NCBI GenBank assembly: GCA_051002015.1
Contig: JBPCMS010000012.1
Span: forward strand, 1,169 to 65,168
Origin: Acidimicrobiia bacterium
GTDB taxonomy: Bacteria > Actinomycetota > Acidimicrobiia > Spongiisociales > UBA5794
DNA: 64,000 bases
Reading direction: 5' to 3'
The notes beneath the pieces were generated by a model that saw nothing but the letters and a program-made list of their open reading frames with translations, was not told the DNA's origin and ran no database searches. Positions 44,330 through 54,383 of this stretch are shown in pieces. Position numbers and translations under genes: made by a program. The number at the start of each line of letters is the position of its first letter. Within the stretch, counting starts at the first letter, position 1.

Positions 44330-46039
44330 GTGCGTTGGTCCACGGCATACATCCCGACCCTGCGCCATGATCCGGCAGACGCCGAGGCCGCCAACCACCG
44401 TCTGCTGGTCAGGGCCGGGTTCATCCGCCAGCTCATGGCGGGCTCGTACTCGTTGCTCCCGCTGGGGATGAAGGTCGTCACCAAGATCGAGGCCATCATC
44501 CGCCAGGAGATGAACCGCATTGGCGGCCAGGAGTTCCTACTCCCCGTGGTCCATCCATCCGAGCCTTGGAAGCGCACCGGCCGCTACGACGACGTCGAGG
44601 GCATCCTGATCAAGTTCCGCGACCGTCGCGGCGCCGATCTGCTGCTGGCGATGACCCACGAGGAGATCTTCACCGTGCTCGCCGCCGAGATGCGCTCGTA
44701 CCGCGACCTACCCCAGCTCTGGTACCACCTGCAGACGAAGTTCCGCGACGAGCCCAGACCCAAGGCCGGGCTGCTCCGGGTACGCGAGTTCACCATGAAG
44801 GACTCGTACTCGTTCGACATCGACCAGGCGGGGCTCGACCGCCAGTTCGACAACCATTTCGGGGCGTACAGCCGCATCTTCTCCCGATTCGGGCTCCCGG
44901 TGATCCCGGTCGAGGCCAGCTCGGGGTCGATGGGCGGGTCGGACTCGATCGAGTTCACCGTTCCATCGCCGGCGGGGGAGGACGACGTGGTGGTGTGCCC
45001 GACGGGGGATTACGCCGCCAACGTGGAGCGGGCCGTCTCCCGCCTCGACCCGATCGCCGACCAGGACGGTCTCGATGCCGTCGCGGACTTCCCCACCCCA
45101 GGCATACGCACCATCGCCGCCCTGGCCGAGGCGTTCGACTTCGCCGCGGGTCCTCACCAGATCAAGACGCTGGTCTACCTGGTGGACGGCGACCCGACCC
45201 TGGTGCTGCTGCGCGGTGATCACGAGCTGATGGTGCAGAAGCTGATGGACGGGCTGGGGACCGCCAAGCTCCGCCCGGCCGAGGAGGCCGAGATCCGGTC
45301 CCTGCTCGGCGCCGGCCCCGGCAGCCTGGGAGCGGTCGGTGTCGACGGGATCCCGGTGGTCGCCGATCCGGCGCTGGAGGGCCGCACCGGGATGGTGACC
45401 GGAGCCAACCGGGACGACCACCACCTCCGCGGTGTCGACATGGTCCGCGACATCGCCGTCGACCGCTGGCTCGACCTGCGCACCGTGCAGGCGGGCGAGC
45501 CGTGCCCCCGGTGTGGGACGTCGCTCGAGGTGGTGCGGGTGATCGAGGTCGGCCACATCTTCAAGCTGGGGGCGTTCTACAGCGAGCCGCTCGAAGCGAC
45601 GGTGCTCGACGAGGCCGGGGTGGAGCGGGCGATCCTGATGGGGTCGTACGGGATCGGGGTGGGCCGGAGCATGGCCGCCGTGGTCGAGAGCCACCACGAC
45701 GACAAGGGCATCGCCTGGCCGGTGGCGGTTGCCCCGTACGAGGTGGTGGTGAGCATGGTCAAGATCGACGACGAGCCGTCCGCGGCCGCCGCCGATGACC
45801 TCTACCGGGAGCTGACCGCGGCCGGGATCGACGTCATCCTCGACGACCGCGACCTGCGGCCGGGGGTGAAGTTCACCGACGCAGAGCTCGTCGGGTTTCC
45901 GTTCCGGCTCACGGTCGGGCCCCGTGGGGTGGCCGCTGGCGAGGTGGAGCTGACCGAGCGGGCCACGGGCGAGACCGTCACCCTGGCCATCGACGGTGCC
46001 GCCGGTGCCGTGGCCGAGCGGGTCGAGAGCCTTCGGTGA
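44330..46039 (+). CDS. proS: Prolyl-tRNA synthetase (bacterial type with INS editing domain)
   Basis: Contains ...RAGFIRQLMAGSYSLLPLG..., class II motifs, and a C-terminal anticodon-binding domain. Confidence 0.93.
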   Translation: MRWSTAYIPTLRHDPADAEAANHRLLVRAGFIRQLMAGSYSLLPLGMKVVTKIEAIIRQEMNRIGGQEFLLPVVHPSEPWKRTGRYDDVEGILIKFRDRRGADLLLAMTHEEIFTVLAAEMRSYRDLPQLWYHLQTKFRDEPRPKAGLLRVREFTMKDSYSFDIDQAGLDRQFDNHFGAYSRIFSRFGLPVIPVEASSGSMGGSDSIEFTVPSPAGEDDVVVCPTGDYAANVERAVSRLDPIADQDGLDAVADFPTPGIRTIAALAEAFDFAAGPHQIKTLVYLVDGDPTLVLLRGDHELMVQKLMDGLGTAKLRPAEEAEIRSLLGAGPGSLGAVGVDGIPVVADPALEGRTGMVTGANRDDHHLRGVDMVRDIAVDRWLDLRTVQAGEPCPRCGTSLEVVRVIEVGHIFKLGAFYSEPLEATVLDEAGVERAILMGSYGIGVGRSMAAVVESHHDDKGIAWPVAVAPYEVVVSMVKIDDEPSAAAADDLYRELTAAGIDVILDDRDLRPGVKFTDAELVGFPFRLTVGPRGVAAGEVELTERATGETVTLAIDGAAGAVAERVESLR

Positions 46040-46106
46040 CCCGTTCCGGGCCGACCATCGAGCCGGGGTTGGCTGGTATACTGGCCGCCAACTGAGATCG
46101 CCGTAT

Positions 46107-46138
46107 CGAGGTGGGCCCGGGGCCCGCCTCGTTTGTTG
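46107..46138 (+). terminator. Intrinsic terminator downstream of proS
   Basis: An 11-bp stem, cgaggtgggcc / ggcccgcctcg (one U-G pair that is valid only on the + strand), with a 3-nt loop, followed by tttgttg. Confidence 0.55.
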
Positions 46139-46186
46139 ATGCGGGCATGTAGGGGTTTTGCGGAACGCACCGAAGGACGGGAGTTG

Positions 46187-46681
46187 ATGACGATGAGCGC
46201 CGAGCCGGCCCAGCGCCTGTGGGGCGTCATCGAGCCGTATCTCGCCGCCGAGGGTGTCGAGCTGGACGACCTCGAGGTCGTCGGTCGAGGGGGTGCCTCG
46301 CTGGTGCGGGTCACCGTCGATGCCGATGGTCCGGTGGACGTCGACACCATCGCCCGTCTAGCCCGGGGGGTCTCCCGGCTGCTCGACGAGGAAGACCCGG
46401 TGCCGGGCACCTACACCCTGGAGGTGTCCTCGCCGGGTCTGGAGCGCACCCTGCGCCGCCCTCGCCATTTCGAGAAGGCGGTGGGCCGGCAGGTGCGGTT
46501 GAGGATGACGCAGCCCGACGACGGGGTGCAGCACATCAACGGGGTGCTGGTGGAGACGAGCCCCACCGGGTTCACGGTGGAGACCGAGGCCGGCCCGGTC
46601 ACGGTCGCATACGACGAAGTGGCGTCGGCCCGTACGGTGTTCGTGTGGGAAACGGCTCCCAAGCCCGGGGCACGGCGGTAG
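46187..46681 (+). CDS. rimP: Ribosome maturation factor RimP
   Basis: ...YTLEVSSPGLERTLRRPRHFEKAVG... is a RimP signature. The start at ATG 46187 lies inside track ORF 46133. Confidence 0.85.
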   Translation: MTMSAEPAQRLWGVIEPYLAAEGVELDDLEVVGRGGASLVRVTVDADGPVDVDTIARLARGVSRLLDEEDPVPGTYTLEVSSPGLERTLRRPRHFEKAVGRQVRLRMTQPDDGVQHINGVLVETSPTGFTVETEAGPVTVAYDEVASARTVFVWETAPKPGARR

Positions 46682-46692
46682 AGAGGAACGAG

Positions 46693-48078
46693 ATGGACTA
46701 CAACCTGCTGGATGCCCTGGAGCTGCTGGAGCGCGAGAAGGGCGTGCCCGCCGACACCATCCTCGACGCCCTGGCCAACGCCCTGGTTTCGGCATACAAG
46801 CGCACTCCCGGTGCCGCCGAGGAGGCGCGGGTGACCATCGACGCCGACACCGCCGAGATCATCGTCTACGGACAGGACCTCGACGAGGACGGCAACGTCG
46901 TCCGCGAGTGGGAGGACACGCCCGCGGACTTCGGCCGCATCGCCGCCCAGACCGCCAAGCAGGTGATCCTGCAGCGGCTGCGCGACGCCAAACGGGAGCA
47001 GGTGTACGAACTCTACGAGGGACGCGAGGGCGACCTGGTCACCGGCATCGTCCAGCAGTCGGATCACCGCTACGCCATCCTCGACCTCGGCAACGCCGAG
47101 GCGATCATGCCCTCCTCCGAGCGCATCCCCTACGAGAAGCTGGAGCGGGGCAACCGGGTCAAGGCCTATATCCTCGAGGTGCGGGGCGAGGGCAAGGGGC
47201 CCCAGATCGTGGTCAGCCGCAGCCATCCCGAGTTCATCCGCTCGCTGTTCGAGCTCGAGGTGCCCGAGCTGGTCGACGGCGACGTCGAGATCAAGGCGAT
47301 CGCCCGCGAGGCCGGTCATCGCACCAAGATCGCCGTGGTGTCCAACGATCCCAACGTCGATCCGGTCGGCGCCTGCGTTGGCGCCAGGGGATCGAGGGTC
47401 CGCCAGGTGGTCAACGAGCTACGCGGCGAGAAGGTCGACATCGTCGAATGGCGCCCCGAGGCGGCTGCATTCCTGGCCGAGGCGCTGTCGCCTGCCCGGG
47501 TCAAGGAGGTACGGCTCGACGACGAGCTGCGGGTGGCGACGGTGATCGTGCCCGACCACCAACTCTCGCTCGCCATCGGCAAGGAGGGCCAGAACGCCAG
47601 GCTCGCCGCCAGGCTCACCGGGTACAAGGTCGACATCCGCTCCGAGAGTCAGGATCTCGGTCTCGACCTGGCGGACGACGAGCCCGAGGAGCGACCCACG
47701 GTGGCTCCGGCGGTGGTGCCCCCCGATGCGGTGACCATCGATGCGGTGAGCGATGCGGCGGCCGAGTCCCCTGAGGCGCCGGTGTCGGAGGCTCCCGAGG
47801 CTCCGGTCTTGGAGGCGGTGGAGGAGGGAGCCGCCGTGGGTGGCGCGGTTTCGGTACCGACCGACGTCTCATCCGAGGAGATAGCTGCTGGGGACGGGGA
47901 GAGCGAGGCGCCGCCGGCGGCGGTCGGCGAGGACGCCGACGAGGACGACCCGTCGGAATCCGATGGTGACTCCGACGACCCCGAGGTCGGCCCCGACGAC
48001 GCGGATCACGCGGATGACTCGGACGACCCCGAGGACGGCGTCGCCGACAACGACGAGGATGAACCCGTCGGGACCTGA
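46693..48078 (+). CDS. nusA: Transcription termination/antitermination factor NusA with a ~130-aa acidic tail
   Basis: MDYNLLDALELLEREKGV..., S1 plus two KH domains (GACVGARGSRV, AIGKEGQNARLAA), then a D/E/P-rich C-terminus. Confidence 0.93.
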   Translation: MDYNLLDALELLEREKGVPADTILDALANALVSAYKRTPGAAEEARVTIDADTAEIIVYGQDLDEDGNVVREWEDTPADFGRIAAQTAKQVILQRLRDAKREQVYELYEGREGDLVTGIVQQSDHRYAILDLGNAEAIMPSSERIPYEKLERGNRVKAYILEVRGEGKGPQIVVSRSHPEFIRSLFELEVPELVDGDVEIKAIAREAGHRTKIAVVSNDPNVDPVGACVGARGSRVRQVVNELRGEKVDIVEWRPEAAAFLAEALSPARVKEVRLDDELRVATVIVPDHQLSLAIGKEGQNARLAARLTGYKVDIRSESQDLGLDLADDEPEERPTVAPAVVPPDAVTIDAVSDAAAESPEAPVSEAPEAPVLEAVEEGAAVGGAVSVPTDVSSEEIAAGDGESEAPPAAVGEDADEDDPSESDGDSDDPEVGPDDADHADDSDDPEDGVADNDEDEPVGT

Positions 48079-48127
48079 CGGTCCGGATGGCACAATGCCC
48101 CGAAGAGGGCCCTACCGGAGGTGACGG

Positions 48128-50227
48128 TTGGCGAAGCTACGGGTATACGAGCTGGCACGAGAGCTTGGACAGGATTCCAAGGATGTGCTGGCGCGCGTCC
48201 ACGAGCTGGGCATCGTGGCGAAGACCGCATCGTCGGGGCTCGACGATGACGCCATCACCCTTGTCAAGATGTCATACAACGACACCGCACCGGCGCCGGT
48301 GAGCGAGCCGGCCGCGAGCACGGTCCCGGCAGCCCCCGTCGCCGACCTCGGTGACGAGGACACGGCGGCACCCGAGGTCGTCACCACCGACGCCGAGCCG
48401 GAGACCGAACCGGCACCCGCTCCCGCTCCAACCCCGGAGGCGGAGCCCGAGGAAGAGAAGATCATCGCCGTCGCCGAGGGTGTGACCGCAGCCGAGTTCG
48501 CCCGCCAGATCGGCGAGCGCACCGGCGAGGTGGTCAAGGCGCTGATGGTGATGGGGGAGATGGTCCCCGGTGGCGGCGCCATCCCCCTCTCCGCCCTGGA
48601 GCCGCTGGCTGCCCGCTTCGGCTACCAGGTGCTGGTCGACGAGGCGGAGCCGGTCGAGGAGGAGGAGGCGCGGGGTCCGCACACCGTCGACTACGTGGAC
48701 GACCCCGCCAGCCTCAGGCCCCGCCCCCCTGTGGTCACCGTGATGGGCCACGTCGACCACGGCAAGACCAAGCTGCTCGACACCATCCGCAGCGCCAATG
48801 TCGTCGCCGGCGAGGCCGGTGGCATCACCCAGCACATCGGTGCCTACCAGGTCACCGCCACAGACGGTGAGACGATCACCTTCATCGACACTCCGGGCCA
48901 CGAGGCGTTCACCGCGCTGCGTGCCAGGGGAGCCAACGTCACCGACATCGTCATCCTGGTCGTCGCCGCCGACGACGGGGTCATGCCACAGACGATCGAG
49001 GCCATCAACCACGCCAAGGCGGCCGAGGTGCCGATCGTGGTGGCCATCAACAAGATCGACCTCCCCGCAGCCGACCCGCACGGGGTGCGTGCCGGGCTCA
49101 CCCAGCATGGGATCGTGGTGGAGGACCTGGGCGGCGACGTGGTCTCCGCCGAGGTGTCCGCCCTGGACGGGCTCGGGGTCGACGAGCTGCTGGAGATGGT
49201 TTCGCTGGTGGCCGAGGTGGCCGAGCTCAAGGCAAACCCGTCGGCTCCCGCCGTCGGCACCGTCATCGAGAGCCGGCTTGAGGTCGGTCGCGGGCCGGTG
49301 GCCACCGTCATCGTGCAGCGGGGCACCCTCAAGCCCGGCGACGCCATCGTCGCCGGCACCGTCCCCGGCAGGGTCCGCGCCCTGTTCGACGAGAACGGCG
49401 CCAAGCTGGCCAAGGCCGGTCCCAGCGCCCCGGCGGTGGTGATGGGGTGGGACGACGTCCCATCCGCCGGCGACATGTTCGAGGTGGTCAGGAACGAACG
49501 CACCGCCCGCAAGTTGGCCGAGGACCGGGTGTACGAGCTGCGGACCCATGATCTGGTCGTCCCCACCGCCACCGAGCGGTTGGGTCAGCTGCTGGAGCAG
49601 CTCCGCACCCAGGACGACGCCGAGCTGCGCATCGTGGTAAAGGCGGATGCTCACGGCTCGCTCGAAGCGATCAGGGACGCAGTCGCCAAGATCAAGCGGG
49701 CGGACGCCTCGGTTCACATCATCCATGGCGGGGTGGGCGGCATCACCGAGAACGACGTCTCCCTGGCCGAGGCTTCCGAGGCGGTCATCTACGGGTTCAA
49801 CACCCGCCCCGACGCCGGGGCCCGCAATGCCGCCAAGGAGCGGGGCATCGACATCCGCACCTTCCCCATCATCTACGAGCTGCTCGAGGACGTCGAGTCG
49901 CTGCTGGTGGGTGAGCTCGCCCCCGAGGAGGTCGAGACCTTCCTGGGGTCGGCCGAGGTCAGGGCGACGTTCCGGTCCCCGCGCTTTGGCACCATCGCCG
50001 GCTCGTACGTCACCGACGGCACGATCAACCGCAACGCCAGCGCCCGCCTGGTGCGCGACGGCGTGGTGGTGTACGACGGGCGCATCACCTCGCTGCGCCG
50101 GTTCAAGGACGACGTGGCCACGGTCAACACCGGCTTCGAATGCGGCATCGGTCTCGAGAACTTCCGCGACATCAAGGAAGGTGACTTCGTCGAGTCGTAC
50201 GAGGTCAGGCAAGTGGCCCGTACCTGA
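48128..50227 (+). CDS. infB: Translation initiation factor IF-2
   Basis: (M)[13 protein letters not shown]..., G domain [29 protein letters not shown] start after GGAGGTGA. Confidence 0.93.
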   Translation: MAKLRVYELARELGQDSKDVLARVHELGIVAKTASSGLDDDAITLVKMSYNDTAPAPVSEPAASTVPAAPVADLGDEDTAAPEVVTTDAEPETEPAPAPAPTPEAEPEEEKIIAVAEGVTAAEFARQIGERTGEVVKALMVMGEMVPGGGAIPLSALEPLAARFGYQVLVDEAEPVEEEEARGPHTVDYVDDPASLRPRPPVVTVMGHVDHGKTKLLDTIRSANVVAGEAGGITQHIGAYQVTATDGETITFIDTPGHEAFTALRARGANVTDIVILVVAADDGVMPQTIEAINHAKAAEVPIVVAINKIDLPAADPHGVRAGLTQHGIVVEDLGGDVVSAEVSALDGLGVDELLEMVSLVAEVAELKANPSAPAVGTVIESRLEVGRGPVATVIVQRGTLKPGDAIVAGTVPGRVRALFDENGAKLAKAGPSAPAVVMGWDDVPSAGDMFEVVRNERTARKLAEDRVYELRTHDLVVPTATERLGQLLEQLRTQDDAELRIVVKADAHGSLEAIRDAVAKIKRADASVHIIHGGVGGITENDVSLAEASEAVIYGFNTRPDAGARNAAKERGIDIRTFPIIYELLEDVESLLVGELAPEEVETFLGSAEVRATFRSPRFGTIAGSYVTDGTINRNASARLVRDGVVVYDGRITSLRRFKDDVATVNTGFECGIGLENFRDIKEGDFVESYEVRQVART

Positions 50228-50240
50228 GCCCGGTGGGACG

Positions 50241-50534
50241 ATGCACGCCATCGCGCTCCGTGTCGAGCTCCGCATCAGGGGGGCACGGTCGCTCAAGGAG
50301 AAACGGCACACCGTGAAGTCGGTCACCTCCCAGCTCGCCACGACCTTCGGCGTCGCCGTGGCCGAGGTCGACGACCAGGACAAATGGCAGAAGGCGACGT
50401 TGGGGATCGCCGCCGTCTCCGGTGAGGCGGGACACCTCACCCGGGTGGTGCACTCGGTGGAGCGGTGGCTCGACCTGCGCGACGACATCGAGGTGCTGGC
50501 CATCGACCGCACCCCGGTGGAGAGGGTCACGTGA
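50241..50534 (+). CDS. DUF503 (YlxP-like) protein
   Basis: MHAIALRVELRIRGARSLKEKRHTVKSV... matches the family. It sits in the conserved position between infB and rbfA. Confidence 0.75.
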   Translation: MHAIALRVELRIRGARSLKEKRHTVKSVTSQLATTFGVAVAEVDDQDKWQKATLGIAAVSGEAGHLTRVVHSVERWLDLRDDIEVLAIDRTPVERVT

Positions 50535-50920
50535 AGCAGCCCCGCTCATCACGGATGCGCAAGGTCGACGAGCTGCTGCGCGAGGTCATCGCCGAGGAGG
50601 TGGCCAGGCTCAAGGACCCCAGGATCGGGTTCGTCACCGTCACCGGGGTCGACACCTCGCCGGATCTGCGCCGGGCCACCGTGTACTACACGGTGATGGG
50701 GACCGAGGATGAGCAGCGGGAGACGGCCGAGGCGCTGGATCACGCCGCCCCCCATCTCCAGGGCCAGGTGGGCGGTCAGGTCCGTATGAAGTACACCCCG
50801 ATCCTCACGTTCACCCCGGACGAGGCGGTGGAGCGGGGCCTGCGAATGTCGCAGCTCCTGCACCAGCTCGAGCAGGAGCCTCCCGTGGTGATCGACCAAC
50901 CGATCGAGGAGCCGTCGTGA
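50531..50920 (+). CDS. rbfA: Ribosome-binding factor A
   Basis: ...RMRKVDELLREVIAEEVARLKDPRIGFVTVTGVDTSPDLRRATVYY... is an RbfA signature. GTGA overlap with DUF503. Confidence 0.88.
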   Translation: MKQPRSSRMRKVDELLREVIAEEVARLKDPRIGFVTVTGVDTSPDLRRATVYYTVMGTEDEQRETAEALDHAAPHLQGQVGGQVRMKYTPILTFTPDEAVERGLRMSQLLHQLEQEPPVVIDQPIEEPS

Positions 50921-51873
50921 GCCAGGGGATCGAGGCGGTCGCCGAGGCACTGGCCGGGGCCAGGACGATCGTCACCGTCGGCCACGTCGGGCCGGATGGC
51001 GACGCCCTCGGCTCGATGATCGGCATCGCCCGTAGCGCCACGCTCTCCGGCAGGCAGGCATGGTCCACGTTCGGGGAGCCGTTCGTCATGCCCCACACCC
51101 TTCGCTTCCTCGACACCGAGGGGCTGGTCCCCGTCAGCCAGGTGCCGGAGACGTTCGATCTGCTGGTGGTTCTGGACTGCGCCGAGCGGAGCCGGCTGGG
51201 GAGCGCCGCTCCCATCGCCGAGCGGGCGGGGGCGGTCGCCGTCATCGACCACCATGTCACCCACGAGGCGTTCGGCGACGTCTCCTGGATCGATCCCCAT
51301 GCCGGGGCAACGGCCGAGCTGGTGGCCAGGGTGCTGGCCCACCTCGGCTGGCCGATCGACCGCGGGGTCGCCGAGGCGCTCTACGCCGGGATCGTCACCG
51401 ACACCGGCCGGTTCCAGTACTCATCGACCAGCCCCGGGGTGCACCGGATTGCCGCCTACCTGCTCGAGGCCGGGGTGGCTCCCGATCGCATCGGCCAGCA
51501 CCTGTTCGCCGAGGTTCCCTTCGGCTACCTCGGGCTTGCCGCCGCCGTGCTGGGGAGGGCGGTCCTCGAGCCGGAGCGATCGCTGGTTTGGTCGAGCCTC
51601 ACCGCCGCCGACCTAGCCGCCGCCGAGATCTCCTACGAGCAGGCGGATGGGCTGATCGACCTGATCAGGATCGCCGAGGAGGCCGGGGTGGCCCTGCTCC
51701 TGCGCCAGCTCGACGGGGCCAGCACCAAGGGCAGCCTGCGCTCGCGGGGCGCGGTCGACGTGGCGGCGGTGGCGAGCAGGCTGGGCGGCGGTGGCCATCA
51801 CAACGCCTCGGGCTTCACCGTGGCCGGGAGCATCGAGCAGGCCATCGAGCTGGTGCGCGAGGCGATGCGATGA
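50917..51873 (+). CDS. nrnA: DHH/DHHA1 phosphoesterase (NrnA-type oligoribonuclease/pAp phosphatase)
   Basis: Contains GHVGPDGDALGS, DHH, and GGGHHNASGF motifs. GTGA overlap with rbfA. Confidence 0.85.
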   Translation: MSQGIEAVAEALAGARTIVTVGHVGPDGDALGSMIGIARSATLSGRQAWSTFGEPFVMPHTLRFLDTEGLVPVSQVPETFDLLVVLDCAERSRLGSAAPIAERAGAVAVIDHHVTHEAFGDVSWIDPHAGATAELVARVLAHLGWPIDRGVAEALYAGIVTDTGRFQYSSTSPGVHRIAAYLLEAGVAPDRIGQHLFAEVPFGYLGLAAAVLGRAVLEPERSLVWSSLTAADLAAAEISYEQADGLIDLIRIAEEAGVALLLRQLDGASTKGSLRSRGAVDVAAVASRLGGGGHHNASGFTVAGSIEQAIELVREAMR

Positions 51874-52769
51874 GCCGCATCGACGGGTTTCTGCTGGTCG
51901 ACAAGCCGAAGACGTGGACGTCGCACGATGTCGTCGCCAAGGTGCGGGGCATCGCCGGTCAGAAGAAGGTGGGGCACGCCGGGACGCTCGACCCGATGGC
52001 AACCGGTCTGCTGGTGCTGGCCCTGGGGCGCGCCACCCGCCTGCTCCGCTTCGTACAGGAGGCGCCCAAGGAGTACGTTGCCACCGCCCGGTTCGGGGTG
52101 GCCACCGACACCCTCGACGCAGACGGGGCCGTCCTCTCCCGGGAGCCGATGGCGGTGACCGAGGACGACGTGGACGCCGTGCTCGGCCGCTTCACCGGTC
52201 GCATCCTCCAGGTGCCGCCGATGGTGTCGGCACGCCGCGTGGGCGGACGCAGGCTCTACGCAATGGCGCGCCAGGGCGTCGAGGTGGAGCGAGAGGCGCG
52301 TCCGGTGACCATCCACGACATCGAGGTGATCGACTTCGCCCCCTGCGACTACCCGGAGGTCACCCTCCGGGTCCGCTGTTCCACCGGAACCTACATCCGT
52401 ACCCTGGCCGACGATCTGGCCGGGGCGCTTGGCGGGCGGGCCTACCTCACCTCCCTGCGGCGCACCGCCAACGGCGGCCATCGGGTCGGCTCGGCGCACA
52501 CCGTCGACGCCCTCAGCCTGGCCGCCGACGAGGAGCGGCTGACCGATCTGGTCCTGTCCCCCGCAGACGGCCTCCCCGATCTCCCCGCGGTCATCGTCGA
52601 TCCGGACACCGCGGAGGGGGTGAGGCATGGCGTCCCCTTCGCCAGCCGCGCCCTCGGCGACGGTGCCCCCGGCGACGGTGTCGTCCGTCTCACCGACGGC
52701 GCCGGCGGGCTGCTCGCCGTCTACACCATCGACGGGGTGAGGGCCATGCCCGAGGTGGTGCTGTCGTGA
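51870..52769 (+). CDS. truB: tRNA pseudouridine55 synthase TruB
   Basis: GFLLVDKPKTWTSHDVV...GHAGTLDPMATGLLVL is a TruB signature. ATGA overlap with nrnA. Confidence 0.92.
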   Translation: MSRIDGFLLVDKPKTWTSHDVVAKVRGIAGQKKVGHAGTLDPMATGLLVLALGRATRLLRFVQEAPKEYVATARFGVATDTLDADGAVLSREPMAVTEDDVDAVLGRFTGRILQVPPMVSARRVGGRRLYAMARQGVEVEREARPVTIHDIEVIDFAPCDYPEVTLRVRCSTGTYIRTLADDLAGALGGRAYLTSLRRTANGGHRVGSAHTVDALSLAADEERLTDLVLSPADGLPDLPAVIVDPDTAEGVRHGVPFASRALGDGAPGDGVVRLTDGAGGLLAVYTIDGVRAMPEVVLS

Positions 52770-53713
52770 AGGTGCTGGAGGGCCCCTACCGGTCGTGGCC
52801 GGCGCCGGAGCGGCGGGCGGCGGCGACGGTCGGGGTCTACGACGGGGTCCACCGTGGCCACCGGGCGGTGATCGTCTCCCTCGGCGAGCTCGCCGCGAGG
52901 ATGGGCCTCGCCCTCACCGTGGTCACCTTCCGGAACCATCCGGCCACCCTGCTGGCTCCCGACCGGATCCCGGCCCGGCTCACCACGCTCGACCAGCAGC
53001 TCGACCAGTTCGAGGAGCTGGCGGTGGATCAGGTGGCGGTGCTCGACTTCGACGACGAGTTGCGCCATCTCTCCGCCGCAGCCTTCGTCACCGAGGTGCT
53101 GGTCGACGCCCTCGACTGCGCCGTGGTGTCGGTCGGGGAGGACTTCCGCTTCGGGGTGGGCCAGGAGGGCGATGTCGACCTGCTCACCCGGCTGGGCGCC
53201 GCCCACGGGTTCACCGTGACCCCGGTGGCGCTGGTGGGCGGTACCGAGGGGGCGTTCCGAGCCTCGGACGTCCGAGCCGCCCTGGCGGAAGGCGACCTGG
53301 GAACCGCCGGGCACATCCTGGGGAGGCGGTTCATGGTAAGGGGCACGGTGGTGCGCGGCGACGGTCGGGGCCGGTCGATCGGCTATCCCACCGCCAACCT
53401 GGTGCTGGCCCCCGGCCAGGCGGTCCCCCAGCGGGGCGTGTATGCGGTGTGGGTCGGGCTCGGCGACGGCACCGTGGCAGGGGTGGCCAACATCGGGGTC
53501 CGGCCGACGTTCGGCGCAACCGCCGAGGTGCTCGAGGTCCACCTGCTCGACGCCGACATCGACCTGTACGACCGGGTGGTGGAGGTGGCGTTCGTCTCCC
53601 GCATCCGGGAGGAGCGACGGTTCGACGGGATCGACGCGCTGGTGGCCCAGATCGGTCGCGACGCCGAGGAGGCGGCCCGGCTTCTGGCGGCCGAGGCGGG
53701 ATCGCTTCCGTGA
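52766..53713 (+). CDS. ribF: Bifunctional riboflavin kinase/FAD synthetase
   Basis: TVGVYDGVHRGHRAV... and a C-terminal kinase module (GRSIGYPTANL, LEVHLLD). GTGA overlap with truB. Confidence 0.92.
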   Translation: MKVLEGPYRSWPAPERRAAATVGVYDGVHRGHRAVIVSLGELAARMGLALTVVTFRNHPATLLAPDRIPARLTTLDQQLDQFEELAVDQVAVLDFDDELRHLSAAAFVTEVLVDALDCAVVSVGEDFRFGVGQEGDVDLLTRLGAAHGFTVTPVALVGGTEGAFRASDVRAALAEGDLGTAGHILGRRFMVRGTVVRGDGRGRSIGYPTANLVLAPGQAVPQRGVYAVWVGLGDGTVAGVANIGVRPTFGATAEVLEVHLLDADIDLYDRVVEVAFVSRIREERRFDGIDALVAQIGRDAEEAARLLAAEAGSLP

Positions 53714-54096
53714 CCCGCTCCCGGGTCGCCTCCGGCTCGCCGTACGAGACCCGGTACGGGTTCAGCCGGGCGGTCCGAGTGGGCGACCGGGTGTTGGTGG
53801 CCGGCACCGGCCCGGTTCCGGCGCCGGGTGGGGAGGTGGCGGCAACCGCCTACGACCAGATGCTCCGCTGCGGCGAGATCGTCGTCGCCGCCATGGCCGG
53901 GCTGGGCGCCCGCCCCGAGGACGTGGTGCGTACCAGGATGTTCATCGTGGATGCCGCCGACGCCGACGGGGTGGGTCGGGCCCACGCCGAGCTGTTCGGC
54001 GCCGCCTCCCCTGCCGCCACCATGGTCGTGGTGGCCGGTCTGCTCGATCCCACCTGGCTGGTCGAGGTCGAGATCGAGGCCCTGATCGACGGCTGA
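53710..54096 (+). CDS. RidA/YjgF/Rid-family protein
   Basis: ...YGFSRAVRVGDRVLVAGT... and ...PAATMVVVAGLLDPTWLVEVEIEA. GTGA overlap with ribF. Confidence 0.75.
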   Translation: MTRSRVASGSPYETRYGFSRAVRVGDRVLVAGTGPVPAPGGEVAATAYDQMLRCGEIVVAAMAGLGARPEDVVRTRMFIVDAADADGVGRAHAELFGAASPAATMVVVAGLLDPTWLVEVEIEALIDG

Positions 54097-54189
54097 TACC
54101 GACCGCCGGAGGGCCGGCTGGACCATGGGACTCGAACCAACCTCCCTGGCCCGTGTCCGCCGGCGGGCCCTTGGTGTGAGCGCGATGGT

Positions 54190-54323
54190 GGCCGAACTTC
54201 AGCGGATTGGTACTCGCCAGGGGTACGCAGAACCTTAGGTTCGGCAGAAGCCGCCAGAAGCGGCCGTCGCTGGCCGAACTTCAGCGGATTACGTGTCGTG
54301 GCGACACGCAGGAACCTTAGGTT
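54190..54323 (+). repeat. R48 repeat locus: one B-type and one A-type unit with identical flanks
   Basis: The units are ggccgaacttcagcggatt-ggtactcgccaggggtac-gcagaaccttaggtt (54190-54241) and ggccgaacttcagcggatt-acgtgtcgtggcgacac-gcaggaaccttaggtt (54272-54323). Confidence 0.8.
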
Positions 54324-54383
54324 TGCCGCCAATGGCCGCCGTTCACCGCCGCTCGCCGCCAACTGCCGCCGTTCGCCAGCCGC

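Noticed and set aside
48087-48302. The 71-aa ORF at the nusA-infB junction as a candidate YlxR.
   Set aside because: It overlaps the infB start region in another frame. It lacks the YlxR RxCxxC/GRGxY-type pattern, and its composition (W/R/S/H-rich) is shadow-like.
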